NCBI GenBank assembly: GCA_963422645.2
Contig: CAXXVO010000005.1
Span: 256,001 to 320,000 of the forward strand
From: Alphaproteobacteria bacterium
GTDB taxonomy: Bacteria; Pseudomonadota; Alphaproteobacteria; UBA828
Direction of reading: 5' to 3'
DNA: 64,000 bases
Shown: piece after piece, positions 1 to 10,646 of the stretch
Layout: every line of letters starts with the position of its first letter
Numbering within the stretch: position 1 is the first letter of the stretch
Position numbers and translations under genes: made by a program
Notes under the pieces: generated by a model
Told to the model about the DNA's origin: nothing
The model's input: the letters and a program-made list of their open reading frames with translations, nothing else
Databases searched by the model: none

Positions 1-67
1 GCGGTCTCAGCCAACGCCGTGACCTCGGGGTTGGAGCGTCACCGCGCGTCCCTCGCCAGAATCTGTT

Positions 68-382
68 TCACGGCAAATCCTTGTAGGCGATGGAGCCCGA
101 GACCGTGCGCAGGTCCTTGGTGCAGACGAGGTCCTTGATCCCGACCGGCACGCCCGCGAGCGGGCCCGGGTCCTCGCCCGCCGCGATCCTGGCATCCACC
201 TTGCGGGCGGCGGCGCGGGCGTAGTCGGGCGCCGGCGTGCAGAAGGCGTGCAGGTCGGGTTCCACCTGCTCCATGTGGGCGATCACCGCCTCGGCAACCT
301 CGATCGCCGAAAGCTCTCTGGCCCGCACCCGCGTGGCCAGGGACACGGCGTCCATCCGGCAGATTTCGTTGGCCTGCGGCAT
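68..382 (-). pseudogene. Amidase-signature family protein (GatA/AtzE-like), N-terminal ~104 aa only
   Basis: MPQANEICRMDAVSLA...GPLAGVPVGIKDL...GS is the N-terminus of amidase-signature enzymes. The frame stops at KDLP* and no amidase-like continuation is visible in bases 1-70. Confidence 0.7.
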
Positions 383-609
383 GCGCCCTCTCCCGTCCTC
401 AGGCTGCCGCCGAGGCGGCCCAGCTTGGCAACCTGTGTGGCCCGGCGGTGCGCCGAACGCAACCCCGGCGGGCCGCAGGAGGTCCGGCGCGCGGGCGGGG
501 AGGCCAGCGCTGCGCGCGGCCTTTGGGGCCCCGACCTTCACCTTTTGGACCTAATGTGATATAAGGGTTACGCAATTAAAAAGACCAATGGTTATGGGGA
601 GATACAACT

Positions 610-2007
610 GTGAGTGTTCATGCGATCCCGGGGGCAGCGGTCCTGCGAGAGTGGTCGAGCGCGAACCGCCCACGTGATCTGAAGAGTTCCGCGCAATCGG
701 TCGGCAAATTCAAAGCGCTGACCCGGAGGAATCTCGATTTAATTTCTCAACACGGTAACGTGACCGAGGACGACTTGTTCGCCATGAAAGTCGTCAGTGC
801 CGTGCTGCCCTTCCGCACCAACCGCTACGTGATCGAGCACCTGATCGACTGGGACCGGATCCCGGACGATCCGGTCTACCGGCTGGTATTCCCGCAGCGG
901 GGAATGCTGGAAGAGGGCGACTTTAGCCGGATCGCCGATCTCATGACCCGCGACGCCACGGCGCAGGAAATTGAACGCGCGGCCGCCGAAATTCGCGTGC
1001 GCCTCAATCCGCATCCGGCAGGGCAACGCGAGCTCAACATTCCGCATGAAGAAGGCGAAACTTTAGAGGGTCTTCAGCACAAGTATCGGGAAACTATCCT
1101 GTTCTTCCCGAGCCAGGGCCAGACCTGCCACGCCTACTGCACATTCTGCTTCCGCTGGGCGCAATTCGTGGGCGAGAAGGAGCTGAAGATCGCGTCGAAG
1201 GATGCGGTCAACCTGCACCGTTATCTCGCCGACCATCCCAACATCTCGGATGTTCTTTTCACCGGCGGCGACCCGATGATTATGAAGACCCGGGTGATGG
1301 AGGGCTATCTCCGGTCCTTCATCGAAGATCCGGCGCTGGCCCATGTGCAGAACATCCGGATCGGCACCAAGGCGCTCACCTTCTGGCCGCATCGCTTCGT
1401 CCACGACGAGGATGCGGACGATCTGCTGCGCCTCTTCGAGAACCTCGTCAAGTCGGGCCGTCACGTCGCGATCATGGCCCACTTCAATCACTGGCAGGAG
1501 CTCAGGACCGACGTCGTGCAGGACGCGATCCGCCGCATCCGCGATACCGGCGCGGTCGTGCGCAGCCAGGCGCCGCTGCTCGCCAACATCAACAACGACC
1601 CCGACATCTGGGCGCGGATGTGGCGTGAGCAGGTGCGCCTCGGCGTCATCCCCTACTACATGTTCGTCGAGCGCGACACCGGCCCCAGGCACTACTTCGA
1701 GGTGCCGCTGGAGCGCTGCTGGGAGGTTTTCCGGGGCGCGATCCAGCAGGTCTCAGGCCTGGCGCGGACGGTCCGGGGCCCGAGCATGAGCGCAACGCCG
1801 GGCAAGGTCGAGGTGCTGGGCGTGCAGGAGGTCGCGGGCGAGAAGGTCTTCGTGCTGCGCTTCCTGCAAGGGCGCGATCCCGACTGGGTCGGCCGGCCCT
1901 TCTTCGCGCGCTTCGACCCGGAGGCGACCTGGCTCGATCAGCTCGAACCCGCCTTTGGCGAAGAGGAGTTCTTCTTCGAGGACGGCCTCCGGGCGCTGAG
2001 CGCATAG
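610..2007 (+). CDS. KamA-family radical SAM protein (lysine 2,3-aminomutase-like)
   Basis: GLQHKY, CHAYCTFCFR (CxxxCxxC), VLFTGGDP, IRIGTK, PYYMF and PGKVEV (candidate PLP lysine) motifs; GGGGAG RBS before a GTG start. Confidence 0.85.
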   Translation: MSVHAIPGAAVLREWSSANRPRDLKSSAQSVGKFKALTRRNLDLISQHGNVTEDDLFAMKVVSAVLPFRTNRYVIEHLIDWDRIPDDPVYRLVFPQRGMLEEGDFSRIADLMTRDATAQEIERAAAEIRVRLNPHPAGQRELNIPHEEGETLEGLQHKYRETILFFPSQGQTCHAYCTFCFRWAQFVGEKELKIASKDAVNLHRYLADHPNISDVLFTGGDPMIMKTRVMEGYLRSFIEDPALAHVQNIRIGTKALTFWPHRFVHDEDADDLLRLFENLVKSGRHVAIMAHFNHWQELRTDVVQDAIRRIRDTGAVVRSQAPLLANINNDPDIWARMWREQVRLGVIPYYMFVERDTGPRHYFEVPLERCWEVFRGAIQQVSGLARTVRGPSMSATPGKVEVLGVQEVAGEKVFVLRFLQGRDPDWVGRPFFARFDPEATWLDQLEPAFGEEEFFFEDGLRALSA

Positions 2008-2103
2008 CCCGCGCGCCGGGCGGCACCCCGGCGCATCCGAAACGCTTCCCTCCACCGCCGCAGCGTTGCGCGACGGCGGACGCTGCGCCACCTTGCGCCT
2101 GTC

Positions 2104-3024
2104 ATGGGACAAGCCGGAGATAGCCGGGCGATGCTGCGCATCGTCCTTGCCGACAATCTGGAGGTGCTGCGGACGCTCGAAGCCGGCAGCATCGACCTGA
2201 TCTATATCGACCCGCCCTTCAACACGGGGCGCACGCAGACGCGGGTTGCGCTCAGGACGGAGCGTGACGCAGCGGGCGACAGGACCGGCTTCCAGGGCCA
2301 GCGCTATCGCACGACCACGCTCGGTGCCACCAGCTACGCCGACAGCTTCGACGACTACCTAGCCTTCCTCGAGCCGCGCCTGACCGAGGCCCACCGGGTG
2401 CTGGCCGCGAGCGGCTCACTCTTCTTCCACATCGACTACCGCGAGGTGCACTACTGCAAGGTGCTGCTGGACGGCATCTTCGGGCGCGAGAGTTGCATCA
2501 ACGAGATCGTCTGGGCCTACGACTACGGCGGGCGGCCGAAGCGGCGCTGGCCGGCCAAGCACGACACCATCCTCTGGTATGCGAAGGACCCCGCCGACTA
2601 CACCTTCCACCTGGACGCCGTGGACCGCATCCCCTACATGGCACCGGCGCTGGTGGGGGCGGAAAAAGCCTCGCGCGGCAAGACGCCGACGGACGTCTGG
2701 TGGCACACCATCGTGCCCACCAACTCCAAGGAGAAGACCGGTTACGCCACCCAGAAGCCGCTCGGGCTGTTGGAGCGCATCGTCAAGGTGCACTCATCGC
2801 CGGGCGACAGGCTGCTGGACTTCTTCGCAGGCTCCGGCACCTTCGGAGAAGCCGCCGCCAAGCACGGCCGCTCCTGCCTCCTGGTCGACAACAATCCCGA
2901 GGCGGTGCGCATCATGGAGCGCAGGCTGGCGCGCTTCGGGGCTGAGGTGGAGGCGGCGGAAGCAGAGTTGGAAGCGTCGTCCGAACTGCACAGTCAAATG
3001 CCGGTTGACAGCAGTGTTGGCTAG
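2104..3024 (+). CDS. Site-specific DNA methyltransferase (N6-A/N4-C, beta class); no cognate endonuclease visible
   Basis: IDLIYIDPPF precedes TQKP and LDFFAGSGT; the true start may be the ATG at 2131. Confidence 0.9.
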   Translation: MGQAGDSRAMLRIVLADNLEVLRTLEAGSIDLIYIDPPFNTGRTQTRVALRTERDAAGDRTGFQGQRYRTTTLGATSYADSFDDYLAFLEPRLTEAHRVLAASGSLFFHIDYREVHYCKVLLDGIFGRESCINEIVWAYDYGGRPKRRWPAKHDTILWYAKDPADYTFHLDAVDRIPYMAPALVGAEKASRGKTPTDVWWHTIVPTNSKEKTGYATQKPLGLLERIVKVHSSPGDRLLDFFAGSGTFGEAAAKHGRSCLLVDNNPEAVRIMERRLARFGAEVEAAEAELEASSELHSQMPVDSSVG

Positions 3025-3161
3025 GCGGCGAGAGGTCTTGGCCGCTGCCGCCGGCCTCTTAGTTCAGGCGGCGACTATTGAGCGATGGACCATTCTATGC
3101 ACACAACCTGATCAACACCCTGCGATGAAAATCGCCTTCGAGCCGAAAACTCGCCATCCAC

Positions 3162-3710
3162 CTATTTGGACAGAAAGTCCTTCACCTCAGCAATCGCATT
3201 TCTGACTTCCATTTGAGAATACTTTGGCTTCAGAGCCATTACATGCTTCGCGAGTTTCCCGTTGTCTTCAAATTCCTCCTGCGGCGCGTGTCGACGCAAG
3301 TAGGCAATCGTAGAAACAAGTTCCAAGCCTTTCGCCGATCTATTTCCGAAGGTCGCCAACACCTTGTTGATAGTCGTGTGGTTGTGCTCGAAAAACTCCC
3401 GCCCCCTCTCTATCATACGGTCGGTGTTCTCGTCAGGGTCTATCAGGTAGTGGTTATCCCAGCTGATGTAACGAACTATCGCGCCACCGCTATTTGCAAT
3501 TACATCTAAATCTCCAGAAAGACTGACCGAATACGGCCCATACGTGTAGAACGAAAATCGATACCCCGTATCGACGCCTCCCAATTCCTGTATGAGATGC
3601 ACTTTCTTCTGAAGCGCCTTCTTACCGAGTTGCTGGTGGACCTGCGCCGCTTGCTTGATCAAAAATGCGACCAGAGCGTACTGATCAATCTTTCCGGTTA
3701 TCCCTATCAT
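3162..3710 (-). CDS. Hypothetical protein, YwgA-like partner of an HD-domain protein
   Basis: GKKALQKKVHLIQ...YRFSFYTYGPYS...LELVSTIAY pattern; lower GC; lies 10 bp downstream of the HD gene. Confidence 0.65.
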   Translation of the reverse strand: MIGITGKIDQYALVAFLIKQAAQVHQQLGKKALQKKVHLIQELGGVDTGYRFSFYTYGPYSVSLSGDLDVIANSGGAIVRYISWDNHYLIDPDENTDRMIERGREFFEHNHTTINKVLATFGNRSAKGLELVSTIAYLRRHAPQEEFEDNGKLAKHVMALKPKYSQMEVRNAIAEVKDFLSK

Positions 3711-3720
3711 GTGATTCCCC

Positions 3721-4571
3721 TCAATCCTCCGTCCATTGTCGAACGGCCGTCTCGGCAGCCCGGCGATTGCACACGGGTACGTATAGTCGGCGCTGGTTGA
3801 CCCTGATAAGTCCTCTAACGACGGGCGATAGCGTTTGTAGAGGCACTGAACGCTCGATACTACCCGAGGTACGCCATACCTTAATCTCTTCCGATCCGGA
3901 TTTGTACCACGACTTCTCGGCGTCGCGGACTACACACCCGTAAGGCTCGAGTTCGTTTGCGAGCTCCTCCACTTTTCTTATCTCATCGTCGGTAACGACT
4001 TCAGTGGTGGTAAACACCATCCGATAATGCTTTCTGGAACTGAGAATCTCACCGTGATTGCCCCCGGTTCCTTGGGAAATTTGACCGAGCACCTTCCAGT
4101 CGTCCCAGTCAAGAAACTCAGCGATGGAGATAGGAGACGGAAATTCGCCGCCACTACTCTCAAGTAGCTTCCCCAAACACTCAATCAGATGATAGTCATA
4201 AATCGTGCGAGTCTTATGGAAATAGAGCTGTGTGAACATCATGAAGCGAGCGATGAGTAATCCTTCAACGGCATGGACACCGTCTTCCTCGACACCGATG
4301 TAGTGGCCTTCCGTTTCGGGGTCTGGGCAGAGCCGCAAGGTATAGATGACTCTGTCCAAGTCGTATCGCCCGTACTGTACGCCGGCGTGGTGCGCATCAC
4401 GTAGCAAGTAGTCCATCCGGTCAGCATCCATCTGTCCGGAGACAAGGTCTTTCCAAACCAACACGCCTGGCGAGTGAGCGGGCGTCTCAAATATCTCGAG
4501 AATATCCGCAACGTGAATCCCGTTTGTTCTCGACTCTTGGTGGTTCTCAATTAAGTCGTCCAGAAATAGTC
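3721..4571 (-). pseudogene. HD-domain dNTP triphosphohydrolase-like protein (YwfO/SAMHD1-like), N-terminal half missing at an IS end
   Basis: SGQMDADRMDYLLRDAHHAGVQYG and ARFMMFTQLYFH motifs. The frame stays open upstream (LFLDDLIENHQ...) to the IS terminus at 4572, and the HD motif region is absent. Confidence 0.8.
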
Positions 4572-6948
4572 TCAGACTTCCTGACCTCTGCTGATTTTAG
4601 GTGACACGAGCCGCGCGGATTCCGAGGCCCCGTCGATGTCGTAGACTATGCGCAGACGGGTGCCGGGGAAGACCGTTTCGGTGGCGTTCAGGTCGCTCAG
4701 AACCGCATCGATCCAACGGTCGCAGGCGTCGTTTGCGAGGCCAAGAATGTGGACCCGCAGGAGGCCATTGCCAGGATCCGGCAGGATGTCGGCATCGGCG
4801 GTGAGCAGCGCTTGAAGCAGTTTCCGGGGATGGGGCTTGTGGCCCTGCGCCTGCATGACGGGAAGCATCATGCGGGTTTCGGCGCGGTAGGCGATCATCC
4901 GGATGACGTCGAGGAGGAGGCGCTCGCGCGCGGGCAAGGCATCGAGCTGCTCGGCTTCGTCGAGGTCGCCGGCCCGGCAGTGCTTGGGCGTCTCCCTGCG
5001 GCTGGCCCTGACGATGTCGCGGACATCCTGGAGGTCCCTGACTTCCCTCCTGAGTTCCGCCGTCGGCTGCTTCTTCCGGGCCGTGTCGGCGATGCGGTTG
5101 CGCAGGCGGCCAAGCTGGCGGTCGAGGCGATGGATTGCCTTGTCATAGGCCCGCCGCAGCGGGTTGACGACCATGGCGGCGGGATCGAGAGGCTCGAGCT
5201 CGTGGGTCGGCAGGGCGTCGAGATTGAACTCGTCACGCATGTACTTGAAGAAGTTCTCCTGCGACCAGCGCGAGAACATGGCGCCCGCAACCTCAGCCAT
5301 CGGCTTGTGCGGATCGGTGGTGATCAGCGGCACCTGACGGCCGTTGTCGAGCAGGCGGCGGATCTGGCGCACCCTGAAGCCGTTCGGCAACGTCACCGGC
5401 TTCTCAGCCAGCCGCATGGTGGCGCTGCCGTCCGCCGCCGGTCCGTGAATGGGAACGGTCATCGCGCCGAAGTCCTCGGCCGGCCAGTCCTCGCCCCTGA
5501 AGTTCTTGTGCCAGGTCAGGCAGGCGACGCCGCGCCTCGCCAGCCGGCGGAACAGATCCGGGCTCCAGCCCTCGCGGTCGAAGACCAGGGTGAGCGCCGG
5601 CTGGCCGGGATGCTCGGCGGTCAGGTCCGGCGCCCCGGCGCCAACGATCCCAAGCTCCTGCAGCGCCGGCACCACGTCGGCTTCGATGGCCGCGACCATC
5701 TTCGGGTCCAGCGGCTTGTGCAGACAGAGCAGCGGCTTGCCGCCCAGAGCGTTGATCCAGTAGCTGGCGCTCGCCGGCAGGCACAGCTTCTCGCGCGAGA
5801 CGAAGTGCTTGGGCAAGCGCCCCTTGCGGCCGGAGTAGACCTTGACGTGCCCGTCGATGGCCAGCGTCGCCCAGAGCTCCGGCTCGTCGGCCTTGCCAGC
5901 GCCTGGCAAGGGCGAGCTGCCACGCCCGCACGCCGGCCTCGTCGTCGGCGATGAGAGCGATCTTGCGGCGCAGCGTCTTGACCTCGGGGCAGCGATCGAG
6001 GCCGAGAATGGCGCCCCATTCGCCCGGCGCCTGGTAGCGCAGGCTCTCGGGGTTGCGCACCCGCGCCAAGGTCATGAAGGCCAGGAAGAGCAGGATCGTA
6101 GGCAAGCCGTAATAGCCCTTCGGCAGCAATGGCAGGAGACCGGTCTCGGAGAGAAGACCTTCCTTCAGCAGGGCCGGCAGGGCGGCGAGCACGCCGCCGA
6201 AGCGGACACCGCGGGCGGCGGCGGCGAACTGCGGTTCGACCGGCCCCGCCTGTCCACAACTGGCCAGAACCCGAGCCGGAACATCGCAAGTCGCACGCCC
6301 CATCGGCGCCTGCCGGTCCCGCCGATCGCGCGCGCTGCGATCCGTTTGCGGCTGCGCTTCCAGCCCCGGCGCCGTCTCCGGCCCCGGGGCACCGGTACTC
6401 TCTTCATCGACACGGCCTTCAGGAGCCGCACCCGCGTCAGGCGGCGCAGCCAGCGCTGAGCGTCCGGGCTCCCCATCCGCCTCCGTGTTGCCGATCAGTC
6501 CCTGACGGCGCCACTTGTTGACCGATGGCGCTGACACGCCGAGAACCCGGGCCGCCGCAGAGCCGCTCAGGCCCGATGCCAGCAACGCCGTCGCCTTCTC
6601 CGCCAACTCCGGAGTGAACACCGACGGCCCGCGACCGCGCCGGGGCTTCATGAACCCCGCTTCGCCCTCGGCCAGGTAGCGCCGTCGTGCGCGCTGCACC
6701 GTCGCGCGCGAGACAGCGAAAGCGTCAGCCAGTTCCTGCGGCGAGACCGCGCTGATCGCCGCGAGGCGGCCGATCCGCAAGAGCATGGCCGTGCGGTCAT
6801 CGGCGGCGTGGCTGTCAAAGGGAATGAGGTTGGAAAAGTAGGTGAAGGTGTCGTCCGAGATCAGGACGGCGAAGCAGCTGTTGCCGATCGAGACCGCCTC
6901 TGGAGGGCACATTGGGAGGGTACTGGGCATGGTTGAGACCCCGTGCAA
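4572..6948 (-). CDS. Transposase of IS A, split by a 1-nt frameshift near 5895
   Basis: N-terminal HTH region, IDGHVKVY, VFDREGWS and FSRWSQENFFKY (D-D-E); the stop codon is the terminal TGA of the TIR; homologous to 7344-9623. Confidence 0.85.
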
Positions 6949-7087
6949 TTGGTATCAAATTATACTATCAGACCTCGGGCGCGACACCCAGCGAAAAACC
7001 GCCTGAAACAACCGAAATGTATCAGAATTCAAGGAGTTCCCGGCACGCTGCCCAGAACAGCCAGCATCACGAGGTCAGGAAGTCTGA
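4572..7087 (-). mobile_element. Insertion sequence A (unclassified large DDE transposase, TCAGA ends)
   Basis: Perfect 17-bp TIRs TCAGACTTCCTGACCTC (4572-4588) and GAGGTCAGGAAGTCTGA (7071-7087); no TSD. Confidence 0.9.
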
Positions 7088-7343
7088 ACCTCAGACTTCC
7101 TGACATTACGCTGGTAAGTGATTGAATCATTGAGAATGTTTTGGGAACCGCCGGCCGACCTTCGTAATGTCAAGTGTTGAGGCGAAAAGATGCGGGACGA
7201 GCGGCAGAAAGAAGCGGTCAGAATAGCAGGGTATTCCAACTAATGTCAATGATATGGGCGCTGTAAAGGGGCCTCGTAGTGAGCAGCCGAACTCGCTTAC
7301 AATGCGCGGCAAAGGGGCACAACGCGGTTCAGGAACATAGCCG

Positions 7344-9623
7344 ATGCAGCTTCAGTTTCCGCTGTGGCCGGAAAACGCCATCGTCATCTCCGAGACGCTC
7401 GCAATGGTCGAAGAGGACGGAAGGGTCGTCTTTTTCAACAGCGCGGGCCCGATCTTCACCTATGCCGAAGACGATGCCCTCGGGAAACGCCACGCAATGG
7501 CGATGCTCACTGCACAGCGTCTGGTCTCAGCCGAAGCTCTGGCAAGGGCGATGGGTGTCAGCGGGCAGACCGTCCGGCGCAATCGTGACAAGTATCTCGA
7601 CGGTGGGCTGGAGGCGCTCATCGCGAAGCCGCGTCCAAGAAAAGGATACAAGCTGGCCGGGGCCGAGCTCACCCTGGCACAGGAGCTGCTCGACGCAGGT
7701 GCGAGCGTGTCGGCAACAGGGCGTGCCGTCGGGGTCTCGGAAGGGTGCGTCAGGGCGGCGATCAAGACCGGCAAGCTGGTGCGGCCGGGCAAGCGGACGG
7801 CGCGAGGAGGCAAGGGTGCCGGGCCGGCGCAGGGTTCGGTTGCAGCTGCACCGGCGCCGGGCGCTCAGCGAACGGAAGCGCCGGTATCGTTGTCGCTCCC
7901 ACAGGGCATCCTGGAGACCGGGCCGGGACCGTCGCTGCGTTCGGCGGCGGATGCGCAGTGCAGCGCCGGTGTTGCCGTCAAGCGGATTGAGGAACGGACT
8001 CTGGCGATGGCCGGCCGCCTGACGGAGGCGCCGATGCAGGTGCAGGCGGCGGAAGCGGTGCCGGGAGCCGGTGTGCTGCTGGCGCTGCCGGCGGTGCTGG
8101 ATCAGGGCCTGTTCGCGGCCGGCGAGCAAGCCTACGGCCATCTCAAGAAGGGCTTCTTCGGTCTGTGCAGCGTGCTGTTGTTGCTCACCTTCATGGCGCT
8201 GCTGCGGATACGCACGCCGGAGCAGCTCAAAGCCCATGCGCCGGGCGAACTCGGCCTGCTGCTCGGCCTCGACCGCGCGCCGGAGGTGAAGACCTTGCGC
8301 CGCAAGCTCGCGGAAATCGGCGCCATGGGCAAGGCGCGCCACTTCGCCGATGCGCTGGCCCGGCGTTGGGCGCGCCCCGAGGCGCTGGGCTATCTCTATG
8401 TCGACGGCCATGTCCGGCCCTATCATGGCCGCAAGTACAAGATCCCGAAGACCTGGTCGCCGCAGCGTCGGCTGTGCATGCCGGCGACCTCCGATACCTG
8501 GGTGAACGACGCGCAGGCGCAGCCCTGGTTCTTCGTCACCGCCGAAGCCAATGACGACCTGCTGTCGATGCTTGAGAACGCGGTTCTCCCGAAAATCCGC
8601 GACGAGGTCGGCGCCGGGCCGCGGCCGACCGTGGTGTTCGATCGCGGCGCCTGGAGCCCGGCTGCCTTCCAGCGCTGGTCGATCGCCGGCTTCGACATCA
8701 TGACCTATCGCAAGGGTCGCTACGCCCCCTGGCCACAGCAGGACTTCGTCACCGTTGTCGATCCGAGCGGCCGGCAGAAGGCAGGCAAGCCGATGACCTG
8801 GAAGCTGGCCGAAAAGCCGCTCGCGCTCAGCACCGGGGGCGGTGACTCTCTGACAGTGCGCGAAGTTCGCAGGCTATGCGACAACGGCCACCAGACCTCG
8901 ATCGTGACCACGCGCACCGACCTGTCGACCGGCGCCGTCGCCGCCCGGATGTTCGCGCGATGGCGGCAGGAGAACTACTTCAAATACATGCGCCAGGAAT
9001 ACGCCCTCGACCATCGGTGCAGCTATGCCGCAGAAGCCGCAGACCCCGACCGCCCGATGGCAAATCCTCAGATCAAGGCTCTGGAGAAAAGCCGGAAGAT
9101 CGTGAAGAAGGCGCTCGACAAGCTTCGCATTCGCTACGGCGAACTGCGCGACCGGAAGCCGAGCGATCCGGACCTGCCGGACATCAGGGAATGGATCGGC
9201 GAGTTCGACCGTATCCTCAAGGAGATCCGGGCCGGGAAGAGAGCCTTGCCGAAGAAGGTGTCGGCCAAGACCGTGATGGACGAGGCGGACATCGTTCGTC
9301 TCGAGATCGAACGCAAGCGCTTCACCGACCTGATCCGCATGATCGCATACCGCGCCGAGAGTGCGATGCTGCCCATGATCGCACCGCTGTTCATGCGCGA
9401 TGCCGAGGAGGGCCGCACTTTCCTCAAGGCGGTCTACCAGCTTCCGGCCGACATGATCCCGCGACCCGAACGACAGATACTCATCCTCCGCTTCCACTCC
9501 ATGGCCAACCCGCGATTCAACCGCGCTCTCGCTCATCTCTGCGAAAATCTCACCGCCGAATCGCACCTCTATCCGGGAACGCAACTCCGATTCGTCGTAA
9601 CTACCCAGGTACCCCAATCCTGA
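7344..9623 (+). CDS. Transposase of IS B; the last few codons are replaced by the nested element
   Basis: YVDGHVRPYHG, VFDRGAWS and FARWRQENYFKY motifs; shares LLGLDRxPEVKTLRRK with the IS A transposase. Confidence 0.9.
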   Translation: MQLQFPLWPENAIVISETLAMVEEDGRVVFFNSAGPIFTYAEDDALGKRHAMAMLTAQRLVSAEALARAMGVSGQTVRRNRDKYLDGGLEALIAKPRPRKGYKLAGAELTLAQELLDAGASVSATGRAVGVSEGCVRAAIKTGKLVRPGKRTARGGKGAGPAQGSVAAAPAPGAQRTEAPVSLSLPQGILETGPGPSLRSAADAQCSAGVAVKRIEERTLAMAGRLTEAPMQVQAAEAVPGAGVLLALPAVLDQGLFAAGEQAYGHLKKGFFGLCSVLLLLTFMALLRIRTPEQLKAHAPGELGLLLGLDRAPEVKTLRRKLAEIGAMGKARHFADALARRWARPEALGYLYVDGHVRPYHGRKYKIPKTWSPQRRLCMPATSDTWVNDAQAQPWFFVTAEANDDLLSMLENAVLPKIRDEVGAGPRPTVVFDRGAWSPAAFQRWSIAGFDIMTYRKGRYAPWPQQDFVTVVDPSGRQKAGKPMTWKLAEKPLALSTGGGDSLTVREVRRLCDNGHQTSIVTTRTDLSTGAVAARMFARWRQENYFKYMRQEYALDHRCSYAAEAADPDRPMANPQIKALEKSRKIVKKALDKLRIRYGELRDRKPSDPDLPDIREWIGEFDRILKEIRAGKRALPKKVSAKTVMDEADIVRLEIERKRFTDLIRMIAYRAESAMLPMIAPLFMRDAEEGRTFLKAVYQLPADMIPRPERQILILRFHSMANPRFNRALAHLCENLTAESHLYPGTQLRFVVTTQVPQS

Positions 9624-9738
9624 GTTGAGGACGGTGATTATGGCGGCGGCCGCGGCCTGGTTCTGCCACCGCGATTGGTTCTTGACCTCATAGAGTTGCG
9701 GGACTATGGACTGCTCTCTCGCGTGACGGGAGCGGTCC

Positions 9739-10404
9739 ATGGGGTATTTCGGCTCGAAGGCGACAGCAGGTCTGTGCCAAGCGCTGATTGCGCTGATGCC
9801 GCCGCACTCCGTCTACATCGAAAGCCACCTTGGGGGCGGGGCGCTGACGAAGCGCAAGCCGCCGGCCGTGCGTTCGATCGGCATCGACCGCGATGCGCAG
9901 GCGCTCGAGGCCTTCGTCTGCGACTACCCGGTCGATCTGGTTCACGGCTGTGCCCATGACTTCCTGGCCTCGTTCCCGTTCCTGGGCCCGGAGCTGGTTT
10001 ACAGCGATCCGCCCTATCTGCACGCGACCCGCCGCTCGGCGCAGCGCTACCGCTTCGAGTACGAGGAGGCCGGCCACGTCGCGCTTCTCGCGCTGCTCAA
10101 GGCTCTGCCCTGCCAGGTCATGATCTCGGGCCATCCGTCGGCGCTCTATGACGAGGTGCTGGCGGGATGGCGCCGGCTGGCGCTGCAGGTCACGACCCAG
10201 GGTCTGGTGCGAACCGAGGTCGTCTGGTTCAACTACGCCCCCGACCGGATGCATTGGGCCAGCCACGCAGGCCGGAACTTCACCGACCGCCAGCGCATCA
10301 AGCGCAAGGCAGCCAACTGGGGCCGGCGCTACCAGGCCTTGCCGCCGGGCGAACGCCTCGCCGTGCTCGCCGCCATGATGGCCGTCGAGGCCGAAGACAC
10401 GTGA
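9739..10404 (+). CDS. Small DNA adenine methyltransferase (Dam/D12-like)
   Basis: GYFGSK, YIESHLGGGA (SAM-binding motif I variant) and VYSDPPY; GGAG RBS. Confidence 0.8.
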   Translation: MGYFGSKATAGLCQALIALMPPHSVYIESHLGGGALTKRKPPAVRSIGIDRDAQALEAFVCDYPVDLVHGCAHDFLASFPFLGPELVYSDPPYLHATRRSAQRYRFEYEEAGHVALLALLKALPCQVMISGHPSALYDEVLAGWRRLALQVTTQGLVRTEVVWFNYAPDRMHWASHAGRNFTDRQRIKRKAANWGRRYQALPPGERLAVLAAMMAVEAEDT

Positions 10405-10646
10405 CGGTGTCGCACTGGCACGAAGACCTCGCCGCCCGTAACGAGGCCTTCTGCTGCCTGAAGGAGCTTCTCGAGCCATCATCCCTCGCAACCACTGTCG
10501 TCGTTGCCGTCCGGGAATGGGGGCAGGGGCTGCTGCGATCAGCCACCGCGCTCGCCCGGGAAAATGCCGCACTCGAGCAGGAGAACGCGGCCCTGCGCGA
10601 GCGCATCGCCGAACTCGAGCGCAGCGCTCATATACTGCGCTCCTGA
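10401..10646 (+). pseudogene. Short coiled-coil ORF, probable IS66 transposase N-terminal remnant
   Basis: GTGA overlap with the MTase stop; LARENAALEQENAALRERIAELER resembles LREENAWLRQQNARLEEQVARLVERIEELER of the 43756 transposase. Confidence 0.5.

Noticed and set aside
2104-3710. MTase plus the convergent ORF as a type II restriction-modification system
   Set aside because: The convergent ORF looks YwgA-like and is coupled to the HD gene; no nuclease motif is visible.
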